From: a virus
Lineage: Duplodnaviria; Caudoviricetes
DNA length: 51,794 bases
Direction: 5' to 3' (one strand)
IMG/VR virus record: IMGVR_UViG_3300005573_000013
Location: 1 to 51,794 of that record
The notes under the pieces are model-generated. The model was not told where the DNA came from and did not search any database. It was given only the letters and a program-made list of their open reading frames with translations. Shown in pieces: positions 16,059-25,082 of this stretch. Within the stretch, counting starts at the first letter, position 1; each line of letters begins with the position of its first letter. Made by a program: the position numbers and the translations under genes.

Positions 16059-16391
16059 ATGGAAAAGATTTACACGTTCGATCCCCAAAAGAAGAGGATA
16101 GTTTTTGCGGGAATCTTCTACAACCGGAACTTTTTCAAAAAGGTTGATCAAAGGCACTTTATGAGAATGGTTCAGGGGTATGGGATACAAGAAGACGTGA
16201 TTGAGAGGCTGCTTAAACGGGGATGCGAGAAGGTCATACTGAAGACCCCACTTTGCCTGCTGGTCAGTAATTTCAGCGATTGGCTTGAAGAAGACATTGA
16301 TTCGATTGATTATGGAAGCGGAAAGCAAGTATTCCTGCCGGTTAAGAGGATGAAGAGGATAAAATTAGGGAGAAATAAGATAAAAACTTGA
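16059..16391 (+). CDS. Hypothetical protein
   Basis: 110-aa ORF with SD. Confidence 0.6.
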   Translation: MEKIYTFDPQKKRIVFAGIFYNRNFFKKVDQRHFMRMVQGYGIQEDVIERLLKRGCEKVILKTPLCLLVSNFSDWLEEDIDSIDYGSGKQVFLPVKRMKRIKLGRNKIKT

Positions 16392-16416
16392 CAAAATAAA
16401 AAAAATCTGATATAAT
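16388..16416 (+). promoter_or_regulatory. Consensus sigma70 promoter
   Basis: TTGACA-17-TATAAT with extended TG. Confidence 0.85.
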
Positions 16417-16438
16417 AAAAATAAATACGGTAAGAGTT

Positions 16439-16528
16439 TTTTGCCGGTATCCCGATAGGAGGTTCTCCCCTCCTTACCTCCACAAGCCGAGGGTAGCCGG
16501 ATGCCCGGAGCTTCGGGAGCCGGCAAAA
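16439..16528 (+). ncRNA. Four-way-junction leader RNA
   Basis: TTTTGCCGG/CCGGCAAAA plus TCCCGA/TCGGGA closing stem and three inner hairpins. Confidence 0.5.
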
Positions 16529-16548
16529 GGCAAACAGAAAGGATTAGA

Positions 16549-16953
16549 ATGAAATGGAATCGAGGACTTAGGGAGGACACTAAAAGTGAATTTATTAAGG
16601 TCTTGAAGTATCTGTTTGATAATCCTGGAAGGAAGGCAAAGGAAATCACGAAGTTTTTACAGTATGATGATAGTAGAACCTCAATTCATAGTCATTGCTT
16701 GACCCAAATGCTTAAGAGGGAATTAATTAGAAATAATTTTGGGCGATATGAGATAACTGAAAAGGGAATGAGGGTGATAGGATTGAATCCGCTGACTGAG
16801 AGGAAGGCGGGATTGCTGGCAGAAAAGATAGTTAGCAAGGAAAATGAGCAAAGGCAAACTTCGGTCAAGCCAGAGGGAAAAATCGAGACGGGAAAACAGG
16901 AGATAATTGTTGAGCCAAGAAGGCAAATTAAAATTACCATAGAAATCACATGA
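16549..16953 (+). CDS. Winged-helix DNA-binding protein
   Basis: VLKYL..NPG..AKEI...YEITEKG wHTH pattern; AAAGGA SD before ATG 16549. Confidence 0.65.
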   Translation: MKWNRGLREDTKSEFIKVLKYLFDNPGRKAKEITKFLQYDDSRTSIHSHCLTQMLKRELIRNNFGRYEITEKGMRVIGLNPLTERKAGLLAEKIVSKENEQRQTSVKPEGKIETGKQEIIVEPRRQIKITIEIT

Positions 16954-16960
16954 AAGGAAA

Positions 16961-17137
16961 ATGAGAATGATTAGAGAATTAAAGTCTTGTAGATTTGAAT
17001 GGGATGAGCAAAACAAAGAGTTGTGGATTGATAATCATTCGGTCAAATTGAAGTTAAATAAAGTCCAAGCGTATGCCCTATTGAGGTTTTGGGTCAGGGT
17101 GTCGCAGTGGGCTTTTTTAAGAAGTAAAAAACAATGA
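16961..17137 (+). CDS. Hypothetical 58-aa protein (not in ORF track)
   Basis: AAGGA SD; fills the gap; ATGA overlap with the next gene. Confidence 0.5.
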   Translation: MRMIRELKSCRFEWDEQNKELWIDNHSVKLKLNKVQAYALLRFWVRVSQWAFLRSKKQ

Positions 17138-17478
17138 CTAAAAAACAAATCCGCCAATTAGATAAGTTATTTTCTGAAAAAATCCGGGCCAGAGGATATT
17201 GCGAATGGTGCGGAGGGAAGTCAACCAACTTACACTGCGCTCATATCTTCTCAAGAAGATTCCTACATACTCGTTGGTTAGAAGAAAACGCCTTTGCCTT
17301 GTGTCCGAGATGCCACCGCAAGGCTCACGACAGGCCAACCGAATTTACTGACTTCGTTATTAGACAATTAGGACAACAAAGATACAACCAACTTAAGTTA
17401 GAGTCCTATCGTTTAAGCATTGGCGAAGACGAAATAAAATATGAAGAGATATTAAAAAAATTGAAAGGAGAAAAATGA
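17134..17478 (+). CDS. NinG/HNH-like endonuclease
   Basis: LDKLFSEKIR..CEWCG..HCAHIFSR..TRW..N...LCPRCH. Confidence 0.8.
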   Translation: MTKKQIRQLDKLFSEKIRARGYCEWCGGKSTNLHCAHIFSRRFLHTRWLEENAFALCPRCHRKAHDRPTEFTDFVIRQLGQQRYNQLKLESYRLSIGEDEIKYEEILKKLKGEK

Positions 17479-17672
17479 TTTTGAACTTAACCGAACAAGA
17501 AGTCAATCAACTCTTGGCGTTTCTCAACACCTGCCAAATTACCGGAAGAGACGCTTTTACGTTGGCGGTCTTGCAACAGAAGATAACTCAACAACTCCAA
17601 GCCAGCCGAGAGGTGATTGAGAAAGTGGCAGAAGATATTAAGAAAGAAGAGCCGAAGAAGGAGGAAAAATGA
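17475..17672 (+). CDS. Hypothetical protein
   Basis: AAGGAG SD; ATGA overlaps at both ends. Confidence 0.6.
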   Translation: MILNLTEQEVNQLLAFLNTCQITGRDAFTLAVLQQKITQQLQASREVIEKVAEDIKKEEPKKEEK

Positions 17673-17923
17673 AAGAAGCGTGGGACAAAAAGTTTCAAAA
17701 CAAGGCGATTTACAAATTAAGTGGAGGAGTTATTAAAATGAAAGATTGTTATTTAAATAGAGAACTTAAATCCTTCATCTCCTCTCAAATCAAAGAAGCC
17801 GAAGCCAGAGGGGCGAGAAGGATTTTAGAGAGGTTGCCGATTGAGAAGAATAAAGACGAACTAATCAAGTGGCGAGATAAAGAATTAAATAAATTAAGTA
17901 AAGGAGAAGAATTTATGACATAG
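17669..17923 (+). CDS. Hypothetical protein
   Basis: AAGGAGG SD; ATGA overlap. Confidence 0.55.
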   Translation: MKEAWDKKFQNKAIYKLSGGVIKMKDCYLNRELKSFISSQIKEAEARGARRILERLPIEKNKDELIKWRDKELNKLSKGEEFMT

Positions 17924-17973
17924 TTAATGACCCAGGATGAATTTTTTAACCAAGGAAAGATTAAGGAGGAAAA

Positions 17974-18873
17974 ATGAAAGAATCGTGGAAAAAAGTCTTA
18001 GTCACTGGGGTCGCCGGTTTTATTGGATCTAACCTTGCTGATAGATTAGTCAAATTGGGATATGAAGTTATTGGAGTTGATAATCTATCCCGTGGCAGGA
18101 GAGAAAACATAAATCCTAAAGTTAAATTCTATGAGTTGGATATTCGGAACAAGAATATCTGGGGAATCATGGGCGGGGTGGATACGGTTTTTCACTTGGC
18201 AGCATTGGCAAGGATACAGCCATCAATTACTGATCCACTTGAATATCATGATAACAATGTCAACGGAACACTAAATATTCTAAATGCTGCCGCGAATGTG
18301 GGTGTGAGACGGATAGTCTATTCGAGTTCAAGTTCGGTCTATGGCAACCAGAAAAAGATGCCGGAGGTTGAGACGATGCTTCCGAATCCGTTACATCCTT
18401 ATGGAGCGACGAAACTCATAGGCGAGTATTATATGAAGGTTTGGGCGAATTGCTATAAGATTGACACCGTTTCCCTGCGTTACTTCAATGTTTATGGACC
18501 GCGACAGGTAACCGAAGGGGCATATGCGACGGTTATAGGGATATTTCTTAAACAAAAGTCAAATGGTAATCCGATGACGATAGTTGGCGATGGCGAACAG
18601 AGGCGTTCGTTTGCCTATGTTGATGATGTTGTTGAGGCGAATATCAGGGCGATGACTACAAAAAGGAAGCTAAATGGTGAAGTAATTAATGTTGGTTATC
18701 CTAAAAGTTATTCGATTAATGAAGTGGCAAATATAATTGGTGGTGATAAGATTCATGTTAAGCCGAGGCTCTTTGAGGTTAGGGAGACTCTACCGGATAT
18801 TAAAAGGGCGTATACTTGTCTAGCGTGGAAGCCCAAAATAGATTTAAGAGAAGGGATAAGAAGATTAAAATGA
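17974..18873 (+). CDS. NAD-dependent nucleotide-sugar 4-epimerase (extended SDR)
   Basis: GVAGFIGS, SSSSVYG, YGATK, LRYFNVYGPRQ. Confidence 0.92.
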   Translation: MKESWKKVLVTGVAGFIGSNLADRLVKLGYEVIGVDNLSRGRRENINPKVKFYELDIRNKNIWGIMGGVDTVFHLAALARIQPSITDPLEYHDNNVNGTLNILNAAANVGVRRIVYSSSSSVYGNQKKMPEVETMLPNPLHPYGATKLIGEYYMKVWANCYKIDTVSLRYFNVYGPRQVTEGAYATVIGIFLKQKSNGNPMTIVGDGEQRRSFAYVDDVVEANIRAMTTKRKLNGEVINVGYPKSYSINEVANIIGGDKIHVKPRLFEVRETLPDIKRAYTCLAWKPKIDLREGIRRLK

Positions 18874-18970
18874 TTTATAATCGATTTTCTTATGATAAGG
18901 AGGGTTACTTATGTTTAGAAACTTGGTGGAAATTCTTATGGTGGAAGAAATTATTGGGGAAATGTAGATT

Positions 18971-19576
18971 ATGATAATTACTTCTTGGGATGATGGTAGC
19001 GAATATGATAGGCGGATGGCTGATTTGCTTGAGCGATATGAAATACCGGCGATTTTCTATATACCAAACAACTGTCAGTTGACCGTAGAAGATATTGAGG
19101 ATTTATCAGAAAGAAGCTTTGAGATTGGAGGACATACGGTTTCTCATTATCCTGACTTGAAATTATTGGATGATAGAACATTGGAGGTAGAAATAAAAGA
19201 GAACAAAAGGTGGCTTGAGGAAATAATTGGGAAAAAAATAAAAAGCTTCTGTTATCCCCGAGGTCGGTTTGATGAACGGGTTAAGAAGGCAGTTAAGAAG
19301 GTAGGATATAAAGAGGCGAGGACAGTTCGGGTATTCAATACCGGTGAACCAATTGATCCATTCGAAACTGATACGACTCTACACATAACGTATCCAAGGA
19401 AGGAATATGATGGACGAGATGTCTTTAAGTTGGCAAGATGGTATGTTAGTGGGTATAAACTGGGGTATTTTAAGAAGATTCATTTTTGGGGACATTCCAA
19501 AGAAGTTAACGATAGGTCGGAATGGAATGAGGTCGAGTCCCTGTTCAAATATATAAAGGAGAAAGGAATCAAGTGA
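18971..19576 (+). CDS. Polysaccharide deacetylase (NodB/CE4)
   Basis: TSWDDG, GGHTVSH, FCYPRG, FWGHS. Confidence 0.9.
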   Translation: MIITSWDDGSEYDRRMADLLERYEIPAIFYIPNNCQLTVEDIEDLSERSFEIGGHTVSHYPDLKLLDDRTLEVEIKENKRWLEEIIGKKIKSFCYPRGRFDERVKKAVKKVGYKEARTVRVFNTGEPIDPFETDTTLHITYPRKEYDGRDVFKLARWYVSGYKLGYFKKIHFWGHSKEVNDRSEWNEVESLFKYIKEKGIK

Positions 19577-19902
19577 AACAATTAACAAAACAACCAGATG
19601 AAATTTTTTGTCCCTCATGTGGAAAAGCGATTAAAAAGGAGGCAGAATTCTGTATCTACTGTGGTGTTAGGCAGAAGGTGAGTGGACAGGTAATTAAGAA
19701 GAGCAAGACGACGGCAATTCTTTTGGCGGTGTTCTTAGGGGCTTTTGCTTGGTTGTATTGCTGGCGAATTGATTACTGGAAGTTCTGGGTTGGGCTTGCT
19801 ATTGCTTTAATAACTTATGGCTACGGCGGGGTTATTGTCTGGATTTGGGCGGTAGTCGATATGGCCGTGAGACCAAAAGAGTTTTATGAGAATTATACAT
19901 AA
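19573..19902 (+). CDS. Zinc-ribbon plus TM2-like membrane protein
   Basis: FCPSCG..FCIYCG followed by KSKTTAILLAVFLG and TM helices. Confidence 0.75.
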   Translation: MKQLTKQPDEIFCPSCGKAIKKEAEFCIYCGVRQKVSGQVIKKSKTTAILLAVFLGAFAWLYCWRIDYWKFWVGLAIALITYGYGGVIVWIWAVVDMAVRPKEFYENYT

Positions 19903-20802
19903 ATGAAGATTTTTATTGTTGGGAATGAACAACCGGATAAGTTTGGTGGAGGTCCATCTTTTATCAAAAATCTTACGAGAATAACTGAAGACCCGAATTT
20001 TGAGATAACGATGAATCCTGAGGAGTGTGATATCTATTTCATAACTTCGGTATCCCTTTTGGATAAGATGAGCCAGATACCTAAAGGTAAAAAGGTGGTC
20101 CTTCGGATTGATAATGTCCTGAAGGATTCCAATAACCGGCGGATGTATGGTGAGTGGACAGATAAGATAACGAGGATGGAGGCGATGAGACTTATAAACC
20201 AGAAATACGCCGATGCCGTTGTTTACCAGAGCCAATGGGCTTATGACTACCTAAAGCCGTTTCTGGGGGCTTCTAAGGGGTTTGAGAGGGTGATTTTGAA
20301 TGGGTCGGACGATTCGCTTTACAACCCAACTGGTGGGAAAATTCCCAGTGATTATAGACCGGTTTACCTTTATGTCAGGAGTTCGAACCATGACAATAAG
20401 GGATTTCATGTTGCTTGGTGGGAATACCAGAAAATCCAAAGACGAGAGCCGAATGCTGTCTTATGGATTGTTGGACGGTTCAGTCCCGAAAATAATGAAC
20501 ATAACTTTGATTTTTTTCAGGGCGAGAATTATAAATACTGGGGATTTGTCGCTGACCCGGAACAGATGGCGTTGATTTACAGAAGTGCTGATTGTTTACT
20601 GTTTCCGTTTTTCATGGATGCTTGTAGCAATACTTTAATTGAGGCGATTCTTAGTGGTTTAAAGATAAGAGTTCTGATTGGCGGAAACACAGGCGGAACA
20701 CCAGAAATAATTGAGAAGTTTAAACAGCAGGGTAGGGATTACTTTAGATTGGAACGAATGCTTAATGATTACAAATTATGTTTTAAGGAGTTAAATGGAT
20801 AA
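19903..20802 (+). CDS. GT-B (GT4-like) glycosyltransferase
   Basis: GGG near the N-terminus; ADCLLFP..DACSNTLIEA..SG..GGTPEI. Confidence 0.85.
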   Translation: MKIFIVGNEQPDKFGGGPSFIKNLTRITEDPNFEITMNPEECDIYFITSVSLLDKMSQIPKGKKVVLRIDNVLKDSNNRRMYGEWTDKITRMEAMRLINQKYADAVVYQSQWAYDYLKPFLGASKGFERVILNGSDDSLYNPTGGKIPSDYRPVYLYVRSSNHDNKGFHVAWWEYQKIQRREPNAVLWIVGRFSPENNEHNFDFFQGENYKYWGFVADPEQMALIYRSADCLLFPFFMDACSNTLIEAILSGLKIRVLIGGNTGGTPEIIEKFKQQGRDYFRLERMLNDYKLCFKELNG

Positions 20803-21064
20803 AGATGAAAAGATAATTAGGGATCAATTCCAAGGGGTTATTGAGCATTATCATCGATTGAATCCAACCAACCAGATAGACAGGAATTACTGGGACTTTT
20901 TAATGGCGTCTGCTTTAAGTTATGAGGAACGCCGGAGAATGGAGGGTAAGAAGCTTGAGCCGTTGAGTTGTGGGAAAGAGTGGATTCAGACAAGGACTAA
21001 CTACTTTTTTGAGCAGTTAAAATCAAAGAGACCAGAGGAGTTAGTTGAGGAGTTTATGGAATGA
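20795..21064 (+). CDS. Hypothetical protein
   Basis: AAGGAG SD; overlaps both neighbours. Confidence 0.6.
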   Translation: MDKDEKIIRDQFQGVIEHYHRLNPTNQIDRNYWDFLMASALSYEERRRMEGKKLEPLSCGKEWIQTRTNYFFEQLKSKRPEELVEEFME

Positions 21065-21660
21065 GCAGCTATTATCGAATACAACTTGAAGACTATCTAA
21101 AAACGCTGGACGTGAAGGTTGATTCAGTCCTTGATATCGGTGGAAGTGCTTATCCGGTTAAGAATCGGGTTAAAAGTTTTGAGGCCAATGAATACAAAAT
21201 TCTCGATAATGAACTTGAAAGACCATATAAGGAAAAGTGGACAAAGCCAGATATTGTTTTTGACTTAAACGATTATGGTATAAATAACGATAACTTGATG
21301 GGATATGTGAATCATTTTGACTTGATTTTCTGCCTCGAGGTTGCCGAGTACATCTTTGACCCCGTTAATTTCTTACATAATATTTATTTATTACTAAAAC
21401 CAAAGGGGCGAGTAATAATTTCACTTCCCACAATTTACCCCGTCCATAATCTATATCAGAACGACTTTTTACGATACACCGAGTTCGGCATAAGGAAGCT
21501 CTGCGAGAATGCCGGCCTGAAGATTGACAAGTTAATTCCAAGATATGCCAAGAACCCCGATTTATTGATGGCTTTTTATTCGAATGAGCAGATGAGACCG
21601 GCGAAAGAATATGACAAGCACAATTGTGTCGGTTTTATTGTTGAATGCACAAAAAAATAA
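21061..21660 (+). CDS. Class I SAM-dependent methyltransferase (non-DNA type)
   Basis: VLDIGG, FDLIFCLEVAEY, LLKPKG, H...DFLRYT. Confidence 0.85.
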   Translation: MSSYYRIQLEDYLKTLDVKVDSVLDIGGSAYPVKNRVKSFEANEYKILDNELERPYKEKWTKPDIVFDLNDYGINNDNLMGYVNHFDLIFCLEVAEYIFDPVNFLHNIYLLLKPKGRVIISLPTIYPVHNLYQNDFLRYTEFGIRKLCENAGLKIDKLIPRYAKNPDLLMAFYSNEQMRPAKEYDKHNCVGFIVECTKK

Positions 21661-21684
21661 GTTAAAAAATAGAAAGGAGACCAA

Positions 21685-21882
21685 ATGCTAAAAAAGAAAA
21701 TGGCCTTTACGCCGAAGTCAAAACCATTTGACAGGAACAAACTCAAGTGGACATTGATTACTAGTGATTTAGAGACCGGTAGGGAAGTCAGGACGGAAGT
21801 TAGTTCCGACGCTCTTGAGGATGCGACTAGAATGCGGGGCATCAAAAGACAGGCAGAGGAAGCGATTGAAAGGCTGGGATGA
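21685..21882 (+). CDS. Hypothetical protein
   Basis: AAAGGAG SD. Confidence 0.6.
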   Translation: MLKKKMAFTPKSKPFDRNKLKWTLITSDLETGREVRTEVSSDALEDATRMRGIKRQAEEAIERLG

Positions 21883-22128
21883 AAATCTCAATCTTCACTA
21901 CAATCACCGACCCGGAAGCAAGGCAAGACCCATATCTGGAGGCAATCGAGAATTATTTGGACTTCGCCGACGAGGTGGTGGTGGTTGATGGAAATCCTAA
22001 TCCTGAGACTCAGGGGCGGATGGACGAATTGTCCGATTGATGAGTATCCAAAATATATTAAAGATAAAATCAAGAATATATCTAAGGATTGTTTTGGTTG
22101 GGATATGTTTGGAGAAGTTCAACGATGA
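21879..22128 (+). pseudogene. Internally deleted GT2-like glycosyltransferase remnant
   Basis: MKISIFTTIT...DFADEVVVVDG stops at 22040; a C-terminus-like segment in another frame ends at 22128 with an ATGA overlap. Confidence 0.6.
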
Positions 22129-22355
22129 ATAATTTAGAATATCATACAACAGACTTGAATCTTGCTGCAACGCTTCTTTATTACAATTTTACGATGGTTA
22201 GGGTTAACAAGAGTCAGCCGAAGGCAATTTTTATCTTCCTGAAGACCCCTGAATTGATGCAGACGATAGATGACTTCTGGGTTGGGAAGTTGAGGGTTGA
22301 GCCGAAGGCATACTTCGATAAGATATCGGAGGTTAAGGCAAGGATATACAATTAG
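22125..22355 (+). CDS. DUF5659-like protein
   Basis: TTDLNLAATL...FIF...FW.GKLRVEPKAYFD.I..VKARIY pattern (recognised from memory). Confidence 0.7.
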   Translation: MNNLEYHTTDLNLAATLLYYNFTMVRVNKSQPKAIFIFLKTPELMQTIDDFWVGKLRVEPKAYFDKISEVKARIYN

Positions 22356-22377
22356 AATTAGAAAGGAGAAAATTAAA

Positions 22378-23325
22378 ATGACCATTTCAGAGGCAAAGGA
22401 AAAAATCAGGGGAATCATCAAAAACAACCTAAAACTACCGGTGATGCTCTGGGGACCACCAGGAATTGGCAAAAGTCAATGCGTTAAGCAACTTTCCGAT
22501 GAGTTCAAAATTGGCTTCATTGACTTGAGATTGTCCCTATTGAATCCAGTTGACTTAAGGGGGCTTCCGGTTGTCGACCGAGAGGCTCATAAGGCACGCT
22601 GGCTTGAGCCCGAATTCCTTCCGAATGGAAAAGACCAACCAAAAGGAATTCTGTTTTTGGACGAGATTAATCTTGCTCCGCTTTCGGTTCAGGCAGCGGC
22701 CTATCAGTTGATCCTCGACAGGCGATTAGGTAACTATCGACTACCTGATGGATGGCAAATTGTAGCGGCCGGCAATAGGGAAACTGATAATGCCAATGTG
22801 GTCAAGTTTCCGGCACCACTTGCTAATAGATTTATTCATATTGACATAGAACCAGACTTTGACTGCTGGAAGGCTTGGGCTTTGCAAAATAAAATAGATG
22901 AGCGGGTGATATCGTTCTTGACTAAACTTCCGCAACACCTTTTTAGGATGCCGAAGGCGGGAGAGAAATGCTTTCCGACGCCGCGGACATGGGAATATGT
23001 CTCAATCCTTAATAATCCGGAGGATGCTTACTTGGCTGTTGGTGAGGGGGTGAGTGCGGAGTATAATGCCTTTCTGTCTGTTTACAAGAAACTTCCCGAT
23101 ATCGATGGGATTTTGTCGGGTAAGATAAAGCCCGGTTTATTCAAGCGAAATATCCCAAAAGAGAATGATGTCCTGTTTGCTTTGGCGACCGCCTTAGCGA
23201 CGAGATGCAAGCCGAGTCAACTGAAGAATTTCTTCGAGTATATCAGGCATCTTCCAAAAGAATTTGAGGTCTTGACGGTGAGAGCAATGCTAAATGTATT
23301 GAAGGAACATGAGGTGGTAGTTTAG
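22378..23325 (+). CDS. MoxR-family AAA+ ATPase
   Basis: Walker A GPPGIGKS, DLRGLP, Walker B LFLDEIN, AAGN, LANRF, PTPRTW. Confidence 0.9.
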   Translation: MTISEAKEKIRGIIKNNLKLPVMLWGPPGIGKSQCVKQLSDEFKIGFIDLRLSLLNPVDLRGLPVVDREAHKARWLEPEFLPNGKDQPKGILFLDEINLAPLSVQAAAYQLILDRRLGNYRLPDGWQIVAAGNRETDNANVVKFPAPLANRFIHIDIEPDFDCWKAWALQNKIDERVISFLTKLPQHLFRMPKAGEKCFPTPRTWEYVSILNNPEDAYLAVGEGVSAEYNAFLSVYKKLPDIDGILSGKIKPGLFKRNIPKENDVLFALATALATRCKPSQLKNFFEYIRHLPKEFEVLTVRAMLNVLKEHEVVV

Positions 23326-23473
23326 ATTTTAATGTTAAAGATTTGGCGGCTTTGGCGGTTAAAGTAAATGAGACAATTTCATTTGCCAATAATCTTGAAA
23401 TAAAAATTAATCAATTGGAGGCAGATATCATCGAGATTAAGAAGTTAGTTAAGGCATTGAGGGGAGTTAAAAA

Positions 23474-23683
23474 ATGAGTAAAAGATGTGAGTTTTGTAAA
23501 AAACAACACAGCGTAGCTTCCGGTTTACTTTTTGATTTATTAGATGGTTGGTTTAGTACTGATATAGATATTTCTGGAGCTGTAGAGTATCAAGGCAGAA
23601 TAATTTGTTATGACTGTTTAAAAAATTTTCGTAGGTTACAGCATATCAGAGAGCTGATTCCCTATGAGAGTATAAAGAAATGA
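23474..23683 (+). CDS. Hypothetical zinc-finger protein
   Basis: CEFC...CYDC; SD present. Confidence 0.55.
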   Translation: MSKRCEFCKKQHSVASGLLFDLLDGWFSTDIDISGAVEYQGRIICYDCLKNFRRLQHIRELIPYESIKK

Positions 23684-23700
23684 TTATTCGGAGATAAAAA

Positions 23701-24867
23701 ATGAAAATTGAAATCGCCAAGTTCAAACTGTTCCAACAAAATAAGTTTTTCGGTTCGCTTCTTTACTACCTAAAGACTGAAGAATCAAAGGAGTGTCCTA
23801 CTTTGGGGACTGATGGGGAGAAGATTATCTACAACAAGGACTTTTGGGAAAAACAGAGTAATGAGATACAGCTTGGGCTTTTGGCTCATGAAACTCTCCA
23901 CGCCGCACTTGGACATCTTTGGAGGCGGGGGGCAAGAGACCCAATGTTGTTTAATGTCGCCGCTGATTTTGCGATAAACCCTATGATTCCCTATCCTTTG
24001 CCGAGCGGTTGTTTATTCAGTCAAAAGTTCAAGGGCAAATCGGCTGAGGAGATTTATGAACTTCTGAAAAAAAATATGATTGTGGTGGAAAGTGGTGGAC
24101 AAGGAAAACAGGGAAACCTTAAAGATATAAAGGGAGCCGATGGCTCGGGTTCTGATAAAGGTGATGGTAAACGGCTTGTGGGGGCTCACAAGTATTGGGG
24201 GAAGGCCGAGAAGATGTCGAGTAAGGACAAGGCTAAAATGCAGGCCAAGTGGAAACAGAGGATACAGCAGGCGGTCGAGATAGCCGAAAGTTCCAAACAG
24301 AAGGGCGACATCCCTGCTGGATTTGAGAGATTGTTTAAGATGCTCGAACCAAAAGAAGACTGGAAGACACTCTTGGCGGAATATGCCTCAAGTTTCCAGT
24401 CTGACTACGCTTTTAACCCGGTCGATAGGAGATTTTTAGAGGGTGACTTTATTCTACCCTCGATAGATGATGGACAGCAACTTGACTGGATAGCGGTGGC
24501 GATTGACACAAGTGGTTCGATAGATGATGAAACATTACATAAATTTTTAGGCGAATTAAAGGGAATCCTACAAAGTTTTGATAAGGTTAAGGTTAAACTG
24601 ACCTTTTGCGATAGCGAGGCTACTAAGTTTGTGGAGTTGACCGAATTGGATGCCAAGAAGATAGAGCCGATAGGGGGAGGTGGGACTGATTTTGAGCCGC
24701 CATTTAGACTGATAGAGAAAGAAATGAACCCGCCGAAATGCTTCATTTACCTTACTGATGGTTATGGCGATTTTCCTTCGAAAAAGAATTGGGATTTTGA
24801 TGTCATTTGGCTCTTGACCAGCGATGATGTCAAAGTGCCGTTTGGGAAGGAGTTGAGATATGACTAA
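23701..24867 (+). CDS. HEXXH metallopeptidase-like plus vWA protein (DUF2201-like), MoxR partner
   Basis: TLGTDG, HETLH, NVAADFAIN, MIDAS DTSGS, GGGTDF, YLTDGYG. Confidence 0.88.
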   Translation: MKIEIAKFKLFQQNKFFGSLLYYLKTEESKECPTLGTDGEKIIYNKDFWEKQSNEIQLGLLAHETLHAALGHLWRRGARDPMLFNVAADFAINPMIPYPLPSGCLFSQKFKGKSAEEIYELLKKNMIVVESGGQGKQGNLKDIKGADGSGSDKGDGKRLVGAHKYWGKAEKMSSKDKAKMQAKWKQRIQQAVEIAESSKQKGDIPAGFERLFKMLEPKEDWKTLLAEYASSFQSDYAFNPVDRRFLEGDFILPSIDDGQQLDWIAVAIDTSGSIDDETLHKFLGELKGILQSFDKVKVKLTFCDSEATKFVELTELDAKKIEPIGGGGTDFEPPFRLIEKEMNPPKCFIYLTDGYGDFPSKKNWDFDVIWLLTSDDVKVPFGKELRYD

Positions 24868-25021
24868 GTGTTCTATGTGTGGCAAAGTGGTAAAAGAAGA
24901 TTATGATGTAGTAACATATTATTTTGATTCACCTCCTAAATTATATGGTTCAAATCCAGTTGATATTTGTTTAGAGTGTAATAAAGGGAAAAATTTCTCC
25001 GATATTATTATCCTTTATTAA
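24860..25021 (+). CDS. 53-aa zinc-finger protein (not in ORF track)
   Basis: MTKCSMCG...ICLEC; AAGGAG SD. Confidence 0.55.
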   Translation: MTKCSMCGKVVKEDYDVVTYYFDSPPKLYGSNPVDICLECNKGKNFSDIIILY

Positions 25022-25082
25022 GGTTTCGAGAATGAAACTAATTAAAAAAGAATGTTATCAAGTCGGTCAGGAAGGTTAAAAA

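Noticed and set aside
10663-16416. CRISPR array formed by the repeated 29-mers
   Set aside because: Irregular, kb-scale spacing; the repeats are promoters; no cas operon
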